A stretch of DNA of 64,000 nt from Eledone cirrhosa. Taxonomy: Eukaryota. The first letter of the stretch is position 1. Each line of letters starts with the position of its first letter. The position numbers and the translations under genes were made by a program. Below, one piece after another: positions 1-14,108 of this stretch. The stretch spans positions 81,344,001-81,408,000 of the forward strand of contig OZ024745.1 of NCBI GenBank assembly GCA_964016885.1. The letters are read 5' to 3'. The notes under the pieces are model-generated. The model made no database searches, had not been told where the DNA came from, and saw nothing but the letters and a program-made list of their open reading frames with translations.

Positions 1-428
<428 letters not shown>

Positions 429-530
429 ATACGTATATATATATATATATATACGTATATATATATATATATATATATATACGTATATATATTCGTATAT
501 ATATACGTATATATATATATATATATATAC

Positions 531-592
<62 letters not shown>

Positions 593-597
593 GTTAC

Positions 598-631
<34 letters not shown>

Positions 632-751
632 TTATATATATATATATACGTATATATATACGTATATATATATAATATATATATATATACGAATATATAT
701 ATATATATATACGTATATATATACGTATATATATATAATATATTTATATAC

Positions 752-796
<45 letters not shown>

Positions 797-800
<4 letters not shown>

Positions 801-1718
801 TAAATATACACGGGTGTGTATGATTGTGTATAGAAGATTATATTAATAAGAGGAATTCCAACTTTGTCTGATTTACTCGTTTTATTTACAATCCTTTAAA
901 ATTTATAATGGTATTATAATGAAATAGTATGATAGAATATTAAATTCTAAGTGTTAATTGAACAAGTACTTTCATGCTTTCGCAATCTTCAGATTCATAA
1001 TATGTGGTGACAGTCAAGTTTGCAATTTTCAACTGTAATAAGATGGGTAAATTTCCTACCTTTTATACATTTTATACAGGGAAAAGTGACTCCAGAATGC
1101 TAAGCCCTGCAAACTGTATTTCGGCCAATCAGTGTGTAGTTTCACTGAATTACTAAAGCTGATTGGTTTAAGCGTCACGGCTGGTTGAGCATGTCTAACG
1201 ACCAATAATTAATCATATCCAAAGCATCAATTGTTTTGCTATTTTTAGAAATGATGAAAATAGCATTTTCTATTAATCATCACCATCAACATCACTTTTA
1301 TTATTGTTATTATTATTATTATTATTATTGTTGTTGTTGTTGTTGTTGTTGTTAGTGGTCGTAGCCATGGTGGTAGAAGTAATACCCCTAAGCGTTATTA
1401 TTGTTCATTTAGCTTGGGTTTGAATTTATCAATAAAATTATTTTCTTTGATTTTTCTCTTGATTTCACTTGGGCTGTGTAATTTGTAGAATGGGAATATT
1501 ATAAATATTCCCTGACCACATGTTGCTAGATGGTTACTTAGGGGTATCTGACGGACACTTGGGTTTCTGATTTGTTGACGGTGTACCCGTGCACGTTCCG
1601 ATAGTGCATTTCCAGTTTAACCGACATATAGTTCTTCACAATTCGGGCATTTAATGCAATAAATTAGATTTCTGCTTTTGCAGTTCATATTTGCATTTGG
1701 GAATATTTTTCCAGTTTT
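797..1718 (-). repeat. Inverted copy of the 3' end and pLTR of PLE-1
   Basis: Reverse complement of about 5354-6267 plus a roughly 40-nt extension that also occurs at 2035-2073. Confidence 0.95.
959..997 (-). ncRNA. Minimal type I hammerhead ribozyme in the inverted PLE-1 pLTR
   Basis: Minus strand reads tgaat-CTGAAGA-ttgcgaaagcat-GAAA-gtac-TT-gttca. Confidence 0.75.
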
Positions 1719-1873
1719 TAATTCAGTGAAACTACACACTGATCGGTCGAAATACAGTTTGCAGGGCTTAGCATTCTGGAGCCACTTTTCCCTGTATAAA
1801 ATGTATAAAAGGTGGGAAATTTACCCATCTTATTACAGTTGAAAATTGCAAACTTATCTGTCACCACATATTA

Positions 1874-1912
1874 TGAACCTGAAGATTGCGAAAGCATGAA
1901 AGTACTTGTTCA
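1874..1912 (+). ncRNA. Minimal type I hammerhead ribozyme in the PLE-1 5' pLTR
   Basis: tgaac-CTGAAGA-t(tgc gaaa gca)t-GAAA-gtac-TT-gttca, with palindromic stem III AAGTACTT. Confidence 0.8.
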
Positions 1913-2114
1913 ATTAACACTTAGAAATTAATATTCTATCATACTATTTCATTATAATACCATTATAAATTTTAAAGGATTGTAAATAAAACGAGTAAAT
2001 CAGACAAAGTTGGAATTCCTCTTATTAATATAATCTTCTATACACAATCATACACACCCGTGTATATTTACCTATCTATATATATATATATATTCCTATT
2101 GTGTATATGCCAAC

Positions 2115-3448
2115 ATGTCTGGAAAGCAACAAATGAAATCAACAGAATCAGAAAGAATTCTAAAGGAGATATCATCGAAATTATCAACACTTATCACGAT
2201 GATGGACACACAATCCTCTATTTTAAAGGAAATAGAAAAACAATCTACAGACGGAAAACTTATAACTGAACATATAAACTCTGAAATTAAGAATTTCGCT
2301 GAAATTATACCAACAGTTATCAAAGATACAAGAGAAAGCGTACCACAGCCCCCTTGGATGTCAGAAATAAACGAAAGAAATTTGGAAAACAAAACACATC
2401 GAATAAGAAAAGAAATGTGGAAGACATGGAAAAAATTCCTTAACATAAGAAAACAAAATTTCTCGAAAGCATACAAATGCGAAAAAGATGTCGAAACACA
2501 TTCGAAATGGCTCTCTCTAACGGCGCCCATGCTCCCTCGTAAATACCTAATTACAGAAATTGCAGGAGAACCAGAAGAAGAAACAAAACTCCGATGGGAA
2601 CTTACATTGACAAAATTCAGGACCGACATCTCCATTTCTGAATGTAAACAATCCCGCTACAAAGCCAAATATGAAGCTATTGATGACCAAATTGAAGTTG
2701 AAATTTCAAAGCTAACGACTGGTATTATAGCTGAAAAACTACGAGAACTATGGATCAGAGATATCTCAAAAGAAGAAAACAAATCAAGAAAGGTATGGCA
2801 GCAGAAACAATTATTTCTCGACACTGTAAAGACTCTGGAACCCTGAGAAAAAGCATTAAAAGTGGACAATCTCATCAACACAACATACGCCAGAACACGT
2901 GCCAACACAAACACTCACCTTACCTTGAATCAAAAAAGAACTACGGTAATAACTCTTCGCTTTTTCTACAAAAACACCCTATCGCACACAACATGAACAA
3001 AAAGCACAAACACGATAGATATTCCTTTGACCAGACAATGAGAAGTAGTAAAACCAGGATATCATTCTCAAGATCTCAACAGAGACTACCAACAAGGAAT
3101 GTGGAAACAAAACGTAGAATAACCAGATCACTCTCAAGATCTCAACAGAGATTGCCCACAAGAAACTGGACGAAAAAACGATCTAAACCTGAAAGCAAAC
3201 CTAGGTCATTTCCCCAGATTGTTAAAAATAATTCTAACAGGAAGAAAAATAATATACAGAATACCAAAAATAGGACAAAATACATAACGAAACCAAATAT
3301 AATATCACGACCAAAAGTTCATCAAGCGAACACCAACAGGAATATAAATCCTGAACAGAGAAAAATCCATTTTTTAACGTCAGGACAACAAAAACCGGAA
3401 AAAGAAAAACTCCAGGAGGAAACATACCCGAAACAGCTGTACACGTAG
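2115..3448 (+). pseudogene. PLE-1 upstream ORF1 (helical N-terminus, basic C-terminus), split into 2115-2846 and 2750-3448
   Basis: Two overlapping ORFs between the pLTR and RT. Kozak-like gccaacATG. Repeated SRSQQRLPTRN motif. Confidence 0.6.
3370..3376 (+). other. Candidate -1 ribosomal frameshift heptamer T TTT TTA
   Basis: In phase with ORF1 codons cat|ttt|tta. The -1 frame is open from here into RT and is closed by TGA at 3352-3354. Confidence 0.65.
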
Positions 3449-5674
3449 ATCCTAAAATAATTAATTTATCTAAAAGAGATCTTGACAATGATGAAATGCA
3501 AATTCTGTCAAAAGGACTGAAATTCACACCGACTCCAACAGTCAACCACCAAGAACTGAAGGAGGATACCCAAGAATTCTGTCGAAAATTACGTCTTGTA
3601 GAATTCTTCGCTGATAAAAATAATGAGAGTGATGAATCACTAGTAAAGAATAAATCAAATTTCACTCCGCCAAAAGGAAGAAATATCTATCTCGACCAAT
3701 ACATTGACATCCTGTCTAAATTTCCTCTTAGACATAATACTAATGTTAGGCCAAACATTAACAAATCAGAAATGTCTGCACTTAAACGTATACAAAATGA
3801 TAAAACAATAATAATTAAACAAGCAGATAAAGGGAGTGCAGTTGTTATAATGGATACTGAATACTACAAGGATTTGGTTGAGGAACAACTGAAAGACACA
3901 ACATTCTATCATGAAATACCGTCAAATATAGACCACAACATCATGAAGAAGATCAACAACTTGGCTTCAAAATACCACAACTCACTTACTAATAAGGAAA
4001 GAGACTACATCACCAATTTTGAGCCGAAACCCAGCAACCTGTATGGCCTACCTAAAGTCAAAAGAAATACTACTGGCAGTAAGAGAACAAAACAGTGAGT
4101 ACATTAAATTATTACACCCAAAAGACTTAAAACTTAGACCTATTATAGCTGGTCCAACATGCCCCACCCACCGTCTTAGCAATTTTGTTGACATTATTTT
4201 GAAACCACTATGTATTCATATACCCAGTTTCATCCGGGATGATATCGACTTCCTGTCCCATCTTCCCAAAACCACGGAAACGAATTCACTTCTACTCAGT
4301 TTTGATGTGGTAAGCCTTTACACCAACATTACACATGATTTAGGAATAAAGGCGGTTAAATACTGGGTGGGAAAACATAGAGAAGTGATTGCCATCAGAT
4401 TCACAGCGCCATTTATATTAGACGCAGTTAAACTTATTCTGGAAAACAACACTTTCTTCTTCAATGGAAAGAATTACATCCAAATTAGAGGCACAGCGAT
4501 GTAAACGAAGTTTGCTCCCGTTTACGCGAACTCTGTAATGGGATACTTAGAACAACAACTCTACCAAGAAATAGAGGAAAAATATAGTACTGACTTTAGT
4601 AAGTACATTGAAAAATCTTGGAAGAGATACCGTGACTACTGTTTCATCATCTGGACAGAATCTCTAGATACTCTGGATGAGTTCAATATCCTCCTGAATA
4701 ACCTACACCCATCACTCCAATTCACAAAAGAGATGAGTAGGTCCAAATTACCATTCCTAGATATAATGATAATCAAAAACGACACCACCATTACCACGGA
4801 TATATATTATAAACACACAGACACCCATCAATATCTGAATTTTAAGTCGTGCCATCCACCTCATACAAAACGCAACATCCCATACTGCCTAGCCAGAAGA
4901 ATTTGTACCATTGTAGAAGATACGAATACCAGGTACAAACGCCTAACAGAACTAAGAGAATTTTTGCTCAAACAAAAATACCCATCTCTACTTATAGAAA
5001 ATGGCATACAGCGGGCTATAAAAATACCTATACAACAACTTAGGACAACCCAAGGAAGAAGAAACCAAGAACTGGTCATACCATTTATAATGACACACAA
5101 CCCATGTCACCAGAATATCTTCAACACTGCCAAAGCAAACCTACCGATCATTGCTCAAAGTAATGAATTAAAAGGCTTAATCACAGATCGATCTTTGACT
5201 CTTAGTAAAAGACAGCCAAAAGATTTGAAGCAATTACTAACAAAAGCAAAGTTTGATCTTAACAACGAAGACCAATCATTCACTGTATCTAAATGCAATG
5301 ATAGTCGATGCGGCACATGTCAATCCATACACGCCGGTCAATATATGAAAACAAAAACTGGAAAAATATTCCTAAATGCAAATATGAACTGCAAAAGCAG
5401 AAATCTAATTTACTGCATTAAATGCCCGAATTGTGAAGAACTATATGTCGGTCAAACTGGAAATGCACTATCGGAACGTGCACGGGTACACCGTCAACAA
5501 ATCAGAAACCCAAATGTCCGTCAGATACCCCTAAGTAACCATCTAGCAACATGTGGTCAGGGAATATTTATAATATTCCCATTCTACAAATTACACAGCC
5601 CAAGTGAAATCAAGAGAAAAATCAAAGAAAAGAATTTTATTGATAAATTCAAACCCAAGCTAAATGAACAATAA
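3370..5674 (+). pseudogene. PLE-1 RT plus GIY-YIG polyprotein, disrupted
   Basis: Motifs IINLS..ILSKGLKFTP, ADKG, LRPII, SFDVVSLYTNI and GTAM*. Frameshift near 4060, stop at 4502-4504, and catalytic YxDD altered to YRDY. Confidence 0.92.
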
Positions 5675-5736
5675 TAACGCTTAGGGGTATTACTTCTACC
5701 ACCATGGCTACGACCACTAACAACAACAACAACAAC

Positions 5737-5812
<76 letters not shown>

Positions 5813-6110
5813 GTGATGTTGATGCTGATGATTAATAGAAAATGCTATTTTCATCATTTCTAAAAATAGCAAAACGATTGATGCTTTGGATATGATTAAT
5901 TATTGGTCGTTAGAGATGCTCAACCAGCCGTGACGCTTAAACCAATCAGCTTTAGTAATTCAGTGAAACTACACACTGATTGGTCGAAATACAGTTTACA
6001 GGGCTTCGCATTCTGGAGCCACTTTTCCCTGTATAAAATGTATAAAAGGTAGGAAATTTACCCATCTTATTACAGTTGAAAATTGCAAACTTGACTGTCA
6101 CCACATATTA

Positions 6111-6149
6111 TGAACCTGAAGATTGCGAAAGCATGAAAGTACTTGTTCA
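6111..6149 (+). ncRNA. Minimal type I hammerhead ribozyme in the PLE-1 3' pLTR
   Basis: Identical to 1874-1912. Confidence 0.8.
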
Positions 6150-6274
6150 ATTAACACTTAGAATTTAATATTCTATCATACTATTCATTATAATACCATT
6201 ATAAATTTTAAAGGATTGTAAATAAAACGAGTAAATCAGACAAAGTTGGAATTCCTCTTATTAATATATATATA

Positions 6275-6343
<69 letters not shown>

Positions 6344-6366
6344 GTATATATATATATATATATATA

Positions 6367-8495
6367 CTCTTTTACTCTTTTACCTGTTTCAGCCATCCGG
6401 CTGAGGCCATGCTGGGGCACCGCCCTTGTAGCTACACATTTTATCTCCAACCTGTATAGGTTGGCCACTGGTGTAAGAGGGAGTTTGTTGCTGCTGCCCT
6501 TGGGTTTCCCTCGTGTCTTGCTGTGGGCTCATCCGGGATCCTGGATAACAAGGTGTCGAGATGTTTCTTGAAGACATCCACCTCCAGGTCATGCAAATCT
6601 CTAAGATCCCTCGGCAGCCTGTTGAAGAGTTGAGGGCCCTTGAATCCCAGGCTATTGCAATACCTGCTCCTTATTCTAGATGTGGAAGACGGGACCTTTT
6701 GCACCACACAGTGACGTCCTGTTCGACGGTTGGTCCAGCTCCCAATGCCAAATTTGGTGCTAGTCCCTCCAGGATTTTCCACATGTAGATCACTGCGTAT
6801 CTTTTCCGTCTTCGCTCCAAAGAGTAGAGGTTCAGTTCCTTTAGCTTGTCTCCCTCATCTTGGCAATCGTCTTGGTGTAGCTTCGCTGGATTGCCTCAAG
6901 CTCCGTGGTTAGTTTGATACTATGGGGTGACCACAACTGGGAGCAGTAATCCAGGCGGCTTAGGACAAATGTCCTACATAGTGTCAACATGGTGTCTCGA
7001 TCACTTGTCCGGAAAGTCCTCAAGATCCAGCCAGCGAGTCGTCTGCACATTGTCGCCACTTTCAAGATGTGTGAAGAAAAAGATGCATCATCGCTCATGT
7101 CTATGCCCAGGTCTCGTATCGATTTTGACACGGGGATATCCGTCCTTCCTGGTCCTGTGTAGTTGTGTTCCACTACATTTGTGTTTGCAGGTTTGTTTGG
7201 AGGTTTGTATTGTAGGGCTTGGAATTTGCCAGCATTAAATTCCATGTTGTTTTCTTCCGCCCTTTTGTATATGGCATCCAGATCCTGCTGTAAAAGGGCA
7301 GCGTCAGCCGGGTTTTTGATTGCCTGTGCTACCTTAGTGTCATCAGCATAGCTAGTGAGGGATGTTGTTGTATATACTATAGAGGGCATGTCTGAGAGAG
7401 CCACCAAAAACAGTAGTGGTCCCAGGACTGTCCCCTGGGGCACCCCACTTGCTATTGGTGTTTCCTTTGAGAGGGCCCCATTTGCTGCGACTACCTGGCT
7501 TCTGTCCCTTAGGAAGCCATGCAGCCACTCACCTACTTTTCCAGTTATGCCGAGTCCGTGTAGTTTGTGACATATCATTCCGTGGTCGACCTTGTCAAAG
7601 GCCTTCGTAAAGTCAAGATATATCACGTCCACATGTGAGCTGTCTAGTAGTTGTCTCAGTACCCAGTCGTAGTGACGTAGTAGCTGTGTAAGGTAGTTTC
7701 TTCCTGGGCGGAAGCCATGTTGCGTGCTAGTCAGGCGGTCATTTTCCTCGAGGAAAGTGATCAGTTTCTTTCTGACGACTCGCTCCATGACCTTACTGAT
7801 ATGCGACGTCAGGGAGACTGGCCTATAGTTTTTGGCCTCCGCTCTGCTACCTCCTTTGTGGATAGGGCATATTGTGCCTTCTTTCAGCACCCTGGGTAGT
7901 ACACCGCTAGCCAAGGAGCTTCTGAAGAGCATCTTCAGTGGAGTTGCTAAGGCCCGCTTACATATTTTTAAGAGAACTGCTAGGAATCCATCAGGTCCAG
8001 CAGCCGCGTCTGTTCTAATTTCATCAATGGCGTACACCACATCCTCCTCCGTCATGTCTGTGTTTGATGGTTGCCATTTCTTCATGTAGTGTTGTGGCAT
8101 CAACGAACTCCTCTGGCTTCGTTATTTGCATGTGCCTCAGTGGACATGTGAACACACTTTTGTACTGTTCGTTCAGTATTTCTCATATCTCTTGGGGTTT
8201 TTCGGTTAATGAACCGTCCGTATGGAAGAGTGGCCCAATCTTGCAGTGTACTGAGGCAGTTTCTTTTTCAAATTTAAAGAAGGCCTTAGGGTTTTTTTTA
8301 ATGTTTTCTGTGGCCCTGTTCTCTTTCTCATGGGAAAGCTTGAGTGCAATCTTGGTGCCAAGTAATGCACATTTCAAATAGGATTCCTTCTTGTTTTTGT
8401 TTTGTTGACTATTCAACTGGTTTGAGAGTTTAGTTCTACGTCTCATAAGGATTTTCCTATCTCTGGGAATAAGATTTTTGTGTCTGTTTGCCTCT
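6367..8495 (-). mobile_element. CR1-group LINE, 5'-truncated with frameshifted RT
   Basis: ORF 6841-8103 has NYRPVSLT, YLDFTKAFDKV, GVPQGTVLGP and YADD. C-terminal piece [17 protein letters not shown]. Tandem AGAGTAAA tail. Confidence 0.93.
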
Positions 8496-10741
8496 AAATC
8501 TAATAAAAATTATGAGAAGCTATCAGAATAAAAACAAATCTAATAAAAACAAATCTAATAAAAATGAAAAAATTAAAAAATTAAAAAAAATAAAAAAATT
8601 AAAAAATTAAGAAATTAAAAAATTAAAAAATTAAAAAATTAAAAAATTAAAAAATTAAAAAATTAAAAAATTAAAAAATTAAAAAATAAAAAAATAAAAA
8701 AATAAAAAAATAAAAAATAAAAAATAAAATATATCAATATAATTTAAAAAACAAGGATTCTACAGTTATCAAAATATTTAAAAAGTTTAAAAATAAAATT
8801 TTTTTTTAAAATCTTAAAAAAATTTAAAAAAATTTTAAAAAATGTTAAAAATAAAAGAAAAAAATTTTAAGAACTCTTAAAATATTATAGAATATTTTAA
8901 GCTAAAATAATATGTTTAGTATAGAAATTTATCTTACGTATATTATTCAAGATATTGAAAGGATAAACTTTTCTAGAATAGTTTATTATATTTATAATTA
9001 TATTTATGAAGAAAATTTATACTTGGGTACTTAACCAAAGAAAATGAAAAAGGTGAAGGAATCTAATGATTTATCGACAGGTTACATATATTAACTAAAT
9101 TACTTAATTAATTAAACTACATTTTAAATTTATATTTATATTTAAACGTTGAGTTCGATCTATGTCTGCAGCAACTGAATAAATTATTCCTTAAATTAAG
9201 GGAATTTTTGGTCTTTAATATAAAATATATTTCCTCTATACAAAGGTCACAATTTTCTGAAGAGGAATTAAAAGGAGTAGCTTTTGAAATAATATTCCAA
9301 ATCAGCGAATATTGAACATTATCTCGTTTTAGGTCCCATAATAGTCTAGATAGCGAAGTTGAAGATTTTTTGTTTGGATCTGTAAAAGAATTTTTATGAT
9401 TATTGAAGCGGGATTTAAATTCTGTAGAGGTTGAACCGACATAGTTAAATGAATTTAAATTAGTTTTAACATTACAATTATAAACTACATTTTTAGCTAA
9501 GCAGTTGTTATTTAACGGACAGTTGGATTTATTTCTACAGTTACAGTTATTCGATTGAATATTGCTTGGGTTATTATTGGTATTTTGGTTAGGTTTTAAA
9601 TTTCTATTATTAATTCTATTAATATTTTGCGCTAAATTTTTGGTGGAAGAGTAGATTAATTTTATAGTATGTCTATTAAAAATTGAGTAATATTTATGTG
9701 TTCTGGGGAATCGTTTGTCAAGAGCTTTAAAGAATAGTTTAGCAATAGGGGTTTTAATATTTAGTGAGAAAGGGGGAGCGAACCATAATATATTCCTAGT
9801 TCTATTTCTTTTTCGGCTTTCGGAGTTATAGTAATATTTTCTATTATGGTTGTTGAAATTGTTACCATAATTAAATTTGTTATTATTTTGGTATATATAT
9901 ATTATGTATATATATTGTATATATATATTATGTGCGGGAGTAGATATAATGTGTATTTTCTGAGTGAGTGTGTATATATATATATTTATGTACCTTTGCG
10001 TATGTGTATGTAATATGCGATAGATAATCTCTCTAGCAATATATATATTTTATAATGTTTAAATTCCAATTTTTTTTTTTAATATATTGATCTCAATTTT
10101 AAACTAAATATCTAATCATAATTAAACAATGTGTAATTTCTCATATTATATATCTATATTCCATTCATGAATATTAATATTTCTAATTTTATTTATGCTT
10201 TTCATCCCAATTGTTAACTCAACTTAATATGACATAACTTAAGGTTTTCGTTCTCTCCCCCCTCTCTCTATCTCTATATATCTCTCTCTGGATTTTTTCT
10301 CTGTCTGATGGTTTGATATCTCCCCGTTATTTTTCCTCTGTTCTCTTTTCTTTTTGCTTTCTTCTTTTTCTTTATCTATCTCTCCCTTTCTTTTCTCCAC
10401 ATTTCTCTCTCTCTCTCTCCATCTTTTTACTTACTCTTAACACTATGACTTACTAAAGTAAACAAATCACTATCCTGATGGCCTCCAAAAACAACGGTCA
10501 ATTTTTAAAGGGGTACGTCAATGTCTATTTATAAAACTGTTATATATTGTATTTTGTCTGATGAAGGCATCCCAGAATGTAACTTAGTATCCTTGAAATA
10601 TATATAATGAAATAAATATGGTTTTATAAATATAGTTTCCATTTATTAATATCGTATATCTACTCCAAATATTTGTTGAGTGCTTTATATCAGTTATAAA
10701 AATATTTGCTTGTTGTATCCCAACAATTTAAATAAAACTTT

Positions 10742-10745
<4 letters not shown>
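8496..10745 (-). mobile_element. Degenerate PLE of family 2: GIY-YIG 3' end plus oppositely oriented pLTR
   Basis: 9117-9890 is a reverse-strand homolog of 16100-16885. 10500-10745 is homologous to the pLTR at 18150-18392. Confidence 0.8.
10550..10614 (+). ncRNA. Type I hammerhead ribozyme in a family 2 pLTR
   Basis: tattttgt-CTGATGA-agg..cctt-GAAA-tatata-TA-atgaaata. Confidence 0.7.
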
Positions 10746-10784
<39 letters not shown>

Positions 10785-10789
10785 CATTT

Positions 10790-11240
10790 CAATTACCTCT
10801 GTATTGTATTTTATTTACTTTATTCTTAACTCTGAAGCGGAGAATCATTCGGTTTCCTAGTTAGAATTTTTTCCGTTCATTTCCTAGTTAGAATTTTTTC
10901 CGTTCATTTCCTAGTTAGAATTTTTTCCGTTCATTGCCAGAGAACGTCTCTATGAACCACCTAAGAGAACAGTAGTCTACGACTTCTTTTATACCATAAA
11001 CGTGGTCCTGTCTTTGCGTGTAATTGTTTTTCACTGCTCCTATTAATGACGTATTATATTCGTTTTTTTCCCGTTCTTTGCCAGGTAACGTTTCCACAAA
11101 TCAAAGTATCGTCTTCCTGTCTTCCTCCGGTTGCAACATTTTTAGAAATATCCGCTTCTGCGTTTACAGATTGACTTTGTTAGTTTCAGAAGATCCCGTT
11201 AAGGATTCTTTGCTTAAACTTTAATCTGTTATTTTAATAA
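10790..11240. repeat. Unclassified interspersed repeat containing a 27-bp tandem triplication
   Basis: Inverted homolog at about 53800-54092. ttagaattttttccgttcatttcctag occurs about three times at 10861-10935. Confidence 0.7.
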
Positions 11241-11292
<52 letters not shown>

Positions 11293-11295
<3 letters not shown>

Positions 11296-11343
11296 TATGT
11301 ATGTATACGTACATACATATATGTATACAGACGTACAGTAGCA

Positions 11344-11385
<42 letters not shown>

Positions 11386-11825
11386 CATATATACATACAG
11401 GTACATATATGTACGTATCAGTTTAGCGGACGCCTATTATAACGCCGCTTTGTTCGTTTGTAAACAAACTGAACAGCCTGAATTTATGCCATACGGTGTT
11501 AAGGCAACCACGTCACCTTTTTGTTCAACACTGACACAGGAACGATGTACTAGTTTCAAGCTTGTTATCTATCATCAGCACCGTATACCCATCTGCCAGA
11601 TAGTTGAACGTTCGAAAGTATATACTTTCGTTATGAAAATTAACGGCTGAGCAGCCTAATTTGCATATTGAGTGAGTTAAATCGGTCAGGCATACCGAAA
11701 ACGATAAGTTGAAATAAAATAAAAACGAAATTTCATTTCTCACTCTTAGTATGGCACTTACTTAAATGTAAGTATGTATGTATACGTACATACATTCATG
11801 TATACAGACGTACAGTAGCATGCAT
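11293..11825 (-). mobile_element. Diverged copy (about 1.1 units) of the 442-nt HHR repeat
   Basis: Homologous to the units at 14107-15385. HHR at 11536-11596. Confidence 0.85.
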
Positions 11826-11898
11826 ATATATATATACGTATATATATATATATGCGTATAAGTATATATATATATATACGTATATATATATATATAAG

Positions 11899-11937
<39 letters not shown>

Positions 11938-11938
11938 G

Positions 11939-12019
<81 letters not shown>

Positions 12020-12679
12020 TTATATATATATATATATGTATATGTATATATACGTATATATATATATAAACGTATATATATATACGTATATATATACATC
12101 GTCTGAGTGTGTTTGGCCTTTAACGTTTGTTATAGCTCTGGTTCATCTGAATCATTGAGCACTTGTCGCACATCTCGGAGGTTGTTTTTCGTTATTTTGT
12201 GGGCCGAAATGCGAATCTCAATAATTTATGTTTATATTATTCTGAAGACTCTAGCTATTGACCAGTTAATTTTCTTGATTTCATAGTTGATTCTATTGAC
12301 TGATGAATAGCTTATGTTAATTTTAATGCTTCTGTTGAGATCTCTATTCGATTTGTGATGTTTTTGCATTCTTGCAAAAATATACACAACTGAATTCATT
12401 CGCCTGATATAGGGGTTGCCTCCCTTGCCGATCCCCACGTGGGGTCAGCAATAGTCAGTCCTTGTATTAACATTGAACTAAAACCTGTTGAGAAAGTGGC
12501 TTCCTTGTTCAATCATCTTACCAGAAGCCTGACATTATTTATGTAGGCGGACGGTATTTGATTTAGGAGCCGCAGAAACCCATATACTGGATTTTACCAA
12601 TCTTCCAGGGGTGCGGGTAAATTTTCAATACCCGAATTACTTGATCGTTTTTGTTTGGCTATGCGAATATATATTTATT

Positions 12680-13820
12680 TGCAAAAGAAACTGCCTCGGT
12701 ACACTGCAAGATTGGGCCACTCTTCCATACAGACGGTTCATTAACCGAGAATCCCCAAGAGATATGTGAAATACTGAACGAACAGTACAAAAGTGTGTTC
12801 ACATGTCCACTGAGGCACATGCAAATAACGAAGCCAGGGGAGTTCTTTGATGCCACAACACTACATGAGGAAATGGCAACCATCAACCACATAGACATAA
12901 CGGAGGAGGATGTGGTGTACGCCATTGATGAAATTAGAACAGACTCGGCTGCTGGACCTGATGGATTCCCAGCAGTTCTCTTAAAAATATGTAAGCGGGC
13001 CTTAGCAACTCCACTAAAGATGCTCTTCAGAAGCTCCTTGGCTAGCGGTGTACTACCCAGGGAGCTGAAAGGCACAATATGCCCTATCCATAAAGAAGGT
13101 AGCAGAACGGAGGCCAAAAACTATAGGCCAGGCTCCCTGACGTCGCATATCAGTAAGGTCATGGAGCGAGTCGTCAGAAAGAAACTGATCACTTTCCTCG
13201 AGGAAAATGACCGCCTGACTAGCACGCAACATGGCTTCCGCCCAGGAAGAAGCTGCCTTACACAGCTCCTACATCACTACGACTGGGTACTGAGACAACT
13301 ACTAGACAGCTCACATGTGGACGTGATATATCTTGACTTTGCGAAGGCCTTTGACAAGGTCGACCACGGAGTGATATGTCACAAACTACACGGACTTGGT
13401 ATAACTGGAAAAGTAGGTGAGTGGCTGCATGGCTTCCTAAGGGACAGAAGCCAGGTAGTCGCAGCAAATGGGTCCCTCTCAAATGAAACACCAATAGCAA
13501 GTCGGGTGCCCCACGGGACAGTCCGGGGACCACTACTGTTTTTGGTGGCTCTCTCAGACATGTCCTCTGTAGAACATACAACATCCCTCACTAACTATGC
13601 TGATAACACTAAGATAGCACAAGCAATCAAAAACCCGACTGGCGCTGCCCTTTTACAACAAGATCAGGATGCCATATACAAATGGGCGGAAGACAACAAC
13701 GTTCAGTTTAATGCTAGCAAATTCCAAGCCCTACAATACAAAACTGCAAACACAAATAGAGTACAATACAGTTACGCCGGACCAGGAGGGACCGATATTC
13801 CCGTGTCGAAATCGATACGA
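12680..13820 (+). mobile_element. Internal RT fragment of a CR1-group LINE
   Basis: ORF 12651-13886 closely matches the reverse complement of 7115-8270. YADD is altered to YADN. Confidence 0.92.
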
Positions 13821-13897
13821 GACGGCAGAGCTCAAGACGTTTCGACGGCTATTTCTGGACCAGAAATAGCCGTCGAAACGGCTTGAGCTCCGCCGTC
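13821..13897. repeat. Near-perfect 77-bp palindrome
   Basis: 38-bp arms centred on 13859. Each arm carries a GAAACG motif resembling an HHR 3' half. Confidence 0.9.
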
Positions 13898-14053
13898 GGG
13901 GTTAAACTTTTTCATATATATATATATATATATAGAAAGATTTGAATGGATACAGTTTAGTTGAAAGGAATTTATTGACACGTGTTTCTATAACAGTTAC
14001 ATAACCTAAAACAGCTATCTACAAACTTTTAGTTATGCAGACATTCAATATTT

Positions 14054-14108
<55 letters not shown>

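Larger units (their letters stand above)
797..6267 (+). mobile_element. Penelope-like element 1 (Neptune-like) with inverted 5' segment and pLTRs at 1719-2073 and 5956-6267
   Basis: RT plus Cys-rich linker (KCNDSRCGTC) plus C-terminal GIY-YIG (LIYCIKC..LYVGQT). Direct pLTRs. Both ends sit in (TA)n. Confidence 0.95.

Noticed and set aside
2844-2846. In-frame TGA in PLE-1 ORF1 as possible selenocysteine
   Set aside because: No SECIS recognised, the readthrough frame closes soon after, and the element is not of the N-terminal GIY-YIG (Naiad) type.
10861-10935. 27-bp direct repeats resembling a CRISPR array
   Set aside because: No spacers, eukaryotic context and no cas genes.
12100-12670. Possible DNA transposon remnant
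   Set aside because: No terminal inverted repeat pair or transposase motif could be supported by eye.
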